A stretch of 9,586 nt of DNA, the filler included, from an uncultured virus (IMG/VR IMGVR_UViG_2049941000_000289) (Duplodnaviria; Heunggongvirae; Uroviricota; Caudoviricetes). It is 6 parts of one record of this genome, joined end to end, with 100 filler letters (N's around TTAATTAATTAA, not from the genome) between each part and the next. Parts side by side here need not be neighbours in the genome. Positions count along the whole stretch, not along the records: positions 7,535 to 9,586 come from IMGVR_UViG_2049941000_000289; 5 more parts are not named here. One strand, 5' to 3'. Within the stretch, counting starts at the first letter, position 1. Each line of letters opens with the position of its first letter. Both the position numbers and the translations under genes were made by a program. The notes beneath the pieces are model-generated. The model saw only the letters and a program-made list of their open reading frames with translations. It was not told where the DNA came from and ran no database searches. Of this stretch, positions 7,535-9,586 are shown piece after piece.

Positions 7535-7811
7535 GCTGTCCTGAAGGGGATCAAAAAAGAAGTGATTTCCTTTCATACCAGGGCTGACGTGAATTCGAGG
7601 ATCTATATCGAAATAGAAACTCCCGAAGGCGAACGGCTTGTTTCGAATGAATTGATCTGTGAGCAGGGCACAAACTTCAATTATGACGTAAAAAGCAACC
7701 GACTGACAGAGAACCACGGAAGTACGTCTTTTGCCGAAGGTCTGGCCGCCCTTCTTATTTTTCTGGTGTATACCTTTCTGACCTCGTTCCTCGTTCCTCT
7801 TGCGGTCACCC
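7535..7811 (+). CDS. Hypothetical membrane-anchored protein, internal fragment
   Basis: Open frame AVLKGIKKEVISFH...ENHGSTSFAEG followed by the hydrophobic segment LAALLIFLVYTFLTSFLVPLAVT. No family recognised. Confidence 0.5.
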
Positions 7812-7821
7812 NNNNNNNNNN

Positions 7822-8063
7822 CCAGGAGCTTGATGCCCGCCTGAATGATCTGCGGGATCGCGTTGATCACCGCCTTNNNNNNNNNNGACAATACCGGAGA
7901 TGATTTGAGGGATCGCCTGAACGATTGTCGTTATAATCTGCGGCAGAGCCTGAATCAGTGAAATCAGGAGCTGAATACCGGCCTGAATGATCTGCGGGAT
8001 AGCGTTCAAGACGGCATTGATGATGTTGTCTATGATTTTCGGGATGGCTGCCACAATTGCTGT
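7822..8063 (-). CDS. Phage tail tape measure protein, two repeat-region fragments (7822-7876, 7887-8063)
   Basis: TAIVAAIPKIIDNIINAVLNAIPQIIQAGIQLLISLIQALPQIITTIVQAIPQIISGIV and KAVINAIPQIIQAGIKLL are amphipathic Pro-marked repeats spaced 15/18/11 aa, typical of siphophage tape measure proteins. Confidence 0.85.
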
Positions 8064-8073
8064 NNNNNNNNNN

Positions 8074-8142
8074 GTTTGTGGCCGTGCCGTTACAGATAAC
8101 ATCTGTACCGTTGCCATAGATCAGCCATTTGCCCAGCTTGTT
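8074..8142 (-). CDS. Tiny coding fragment, probably a phage gene (NKLGKWLIYGNGTDVICNGTATN)
   Basis: This is the only stop-free reverse-strand frame of a 69-bp piece among phage fragments. It is too short to assign. Confidence 0.25.
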
Positions 8143-8152
8143 NNNNNNNNNN

Positions 8153-8278
8153 GGCTCCCATTGCTACACCTACTGTTTTCAGCACCTTACCGAGGCCTTC
8201 AAACTTGCTTTTGGATTTTTCTGCTGCCTCACCGGAATCCTCGATTTCTTCGCCCATGTCGTCAGCACTGTCAGCTGT
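8153..8278 (-). CDS. Phage tape measure protein, N-proximal fragment
   Basis: TADSADDMGEEIEDSGEAAEKSKSKFEGLGKVLKTVGVAMGA shows the acidic coiled segment leading into a Gly/Ala-rich hydrophobic helix, as seen in Firmicutes siphophage TMPs. Confidence 0.7.
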
Positions 8279-8288
8279 NNNNNNNNNN

Positions 8289-8402
8289 CGAGACCTACAC
8301 GGCACCGGCCATCACCGATTATTCCTCCGGGCAGCATACCAAGCTCCTGAAAACCAAAACGGTGCGGGTAAATCACAATGCGGACGGCACCAAAAGCGGT
8401 GT
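8289..8402 (+). CDS. Siphophage minor structural/tail protein fragment (DUF859-like)
   Basis: ETYTAPAITDYSSGQHTKLLKTKTVRVNHNADGTKSG contains the 'V.HNADGTK' signature I recall from DUF859-type siphovirus proteins. It lies on the opposite strand to neighbouring fragments. Confidence 0.55.
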
Positions 8403-8412
8403 NNNNNNNNNN

Positions 8413-8505
8413 CACAGTTACGTCGCCCTTGTAATCGATCAGCATGTTGTAGATTTGCGCTGCGGCCACACAGTCGCCACCCGGCGAATTGATCCAAACG
8501 GTGAT
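8413..8505 (-). CDS. ClpP-type phage head maturation protease fragment
   Basis: Manual translation gives ITVWINSPGGDCVAAAQIYNMLIDYKGDVTV, with the INSPGG motif of the ClpP/S14 family in its prophage head-protease form. Confidence 0.88.
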
Positions 8506-8515
8506 NNNNNNNNNN

Positions 8516-9586
8516 GATAAGACTCGTCGCTCCCTGAATGGCAGCGGTCATCAGAGCCGGGAATCTGTCTACCTTTGCGGAGACCGCTTGTGCGGCGGCT
8601 TCGGCAGCGGAAACCGAATTGATCAGGTTGGCCTTGGCGTTTCCGAGGGTGATGGACACATATTTCTCGGAGAGCGTATCATAAACGGTCTTGATCACTT
8701 TTGTTTTGGAGGTGATGCCAAGAGCCGAGTGCCGAATCGTCACCGTATCACACAAGGACACACGTTCCAGTACGGCAGCATATTCCGGCTGTTTCCACAG
8801 CGGTTCAAAGGCAACTGTGAGCGTTGGTGCAGTGATGCCGAGCGGATTTCTGGCAAGATAGCTCGTAGCCCTTGCCCGAAGAGCATCCTCGGTAATGTTG
8901 TCTCCAAACTCGAAATACTCCGTGAAGTCCTTGATCAGCGTCTTTCGCCTCACAAGTTCGGAGCCAGTGATAGGCAATAGAACTTCCGGCAGCGTGACCA
9001 CGGTTTCTGTCCCGTCCTCGGCTGTCTGGACCGCATACGGGAGCATGTCCGTGTAGACATCAGTGTTGTCGCTGTCGTGCTCCAGCTGGGTGAGATTCTT
9101 TCCGTACTCAATGACAACACCGGTATTATGGCCACGACCCTGATGATGGATAACTCTCCAGTTGTCCCACTCATATTCACCGCCCCACAGGTCCAAAAAG
9201 GAACCTGCCACACCGCCGAGGCAAGCTCTGACGCTCTGCGGCTTGGAAACCGAGAACGGCTTTGCTTCGGAATAATCGGTCTGGCAGGTGAAGTTATGAG
9301 GCGTAGCCGTTTCACGGAACACCCGCTCCATCGCCAGCGTTGGTGAGATGCTGCTTGCTTCCCATCGCAGGGCTGCGATGTTTGAGAGGTCATATGAAAG
9401 GTGCTGTGCATAAACCGTCACTACGCCGTTCAGCGGTGTGGTGATCCTGTAAATGCGAAAGGCCTGATCCTTGGCAGTGTCGTTGGGCTTAGCCTTAATG
9501 AGACGCTCATTTGCCAGAAGCTCATAGTTATTGCCGGACGTCGGGTATTTCATCACCAGCTCAAAGGCACCGTTTCGCTCCTCGGT
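8516..9586 (-). CDS. Phage tail/minor structural protein (prophage endopeptidase tail, Tal-like N-terminal region), both ends truncated
   Basis: The frame is open from base 9586: TEERNGAFELVMKYP...IKAKPN...QAFRIYRI...VYAQHLSYDL...GSFLDLWGGEYEWDN...RGHNTGVVIEYGKNLT...ERVSLCDTVTIRHSALGI...KVIKTVYDTLSEKYVSITLG, characteristic of Firmicutes siphophage tail proteins. Confidence 0.9.

Larger units (their letters stand above)
7822..9586. mobile_element. Fragments of a siphophage/prophage structural module
   Basis: Tape measure, head protease, DUF859-like and tail protein pieces are separated by 10-N gaps. No integrase or att site is visible. Confidence 0.8.

Noticed and set aside
8413..8505. Host housekeeping clpP
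   Set aside because: The WINSPGGDCVAAAQIYNML form and the surrounding phage fragments fit a prophage head maturation protease better.

Overview
This window is not one continuous locus. It is a concatenation of six sequence blocks joined by five identical 100-nt artificial spacers (N44-TTAATTAATTAA-N44), with ten further 10-N gaps and one ~695-N gap. The recognisable DNA looks Firmicutes/Clostridia-like (T-box leader, consensus sigma-A promoters, strong SD sequences). Block 1 carries class II fructose-bisphosphate aldolase (fba, minus strand, missing from the ORF track). It diverges from a GtrB/CsbB-like GT2 glycosyltransferase across a mirror-symmetric promoter pair sharing one palindromic -35. 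A perfect sigma-A promoter, an Asp-type T-box riboswitch and the 5' part of hisS follow. Block 2 carries an internal part of aspS, the large gap, and the 3' two-thirds of tyrS; the 944-aa ORF spanning them is an N-gap artefact. Blocks 3-5 are fragments of a HAD hydrolase, a probable ModC/CysA-like ABC ATPase C-terminus and a sugar-phosphate isomerase/epimerase TIM barrel. Block 6 is a membrane-protein fragment followed by scrambled siphophage structural-gene pieces (tape measure, DUF859-like, ClpP-type head protease, tail protein). I found no convincing new multi-gene system. The best leads are regulatory: the shared -35 bidirectional promoter, and an Asp T-box possibly controlling hisS, aspS and tyrS together.
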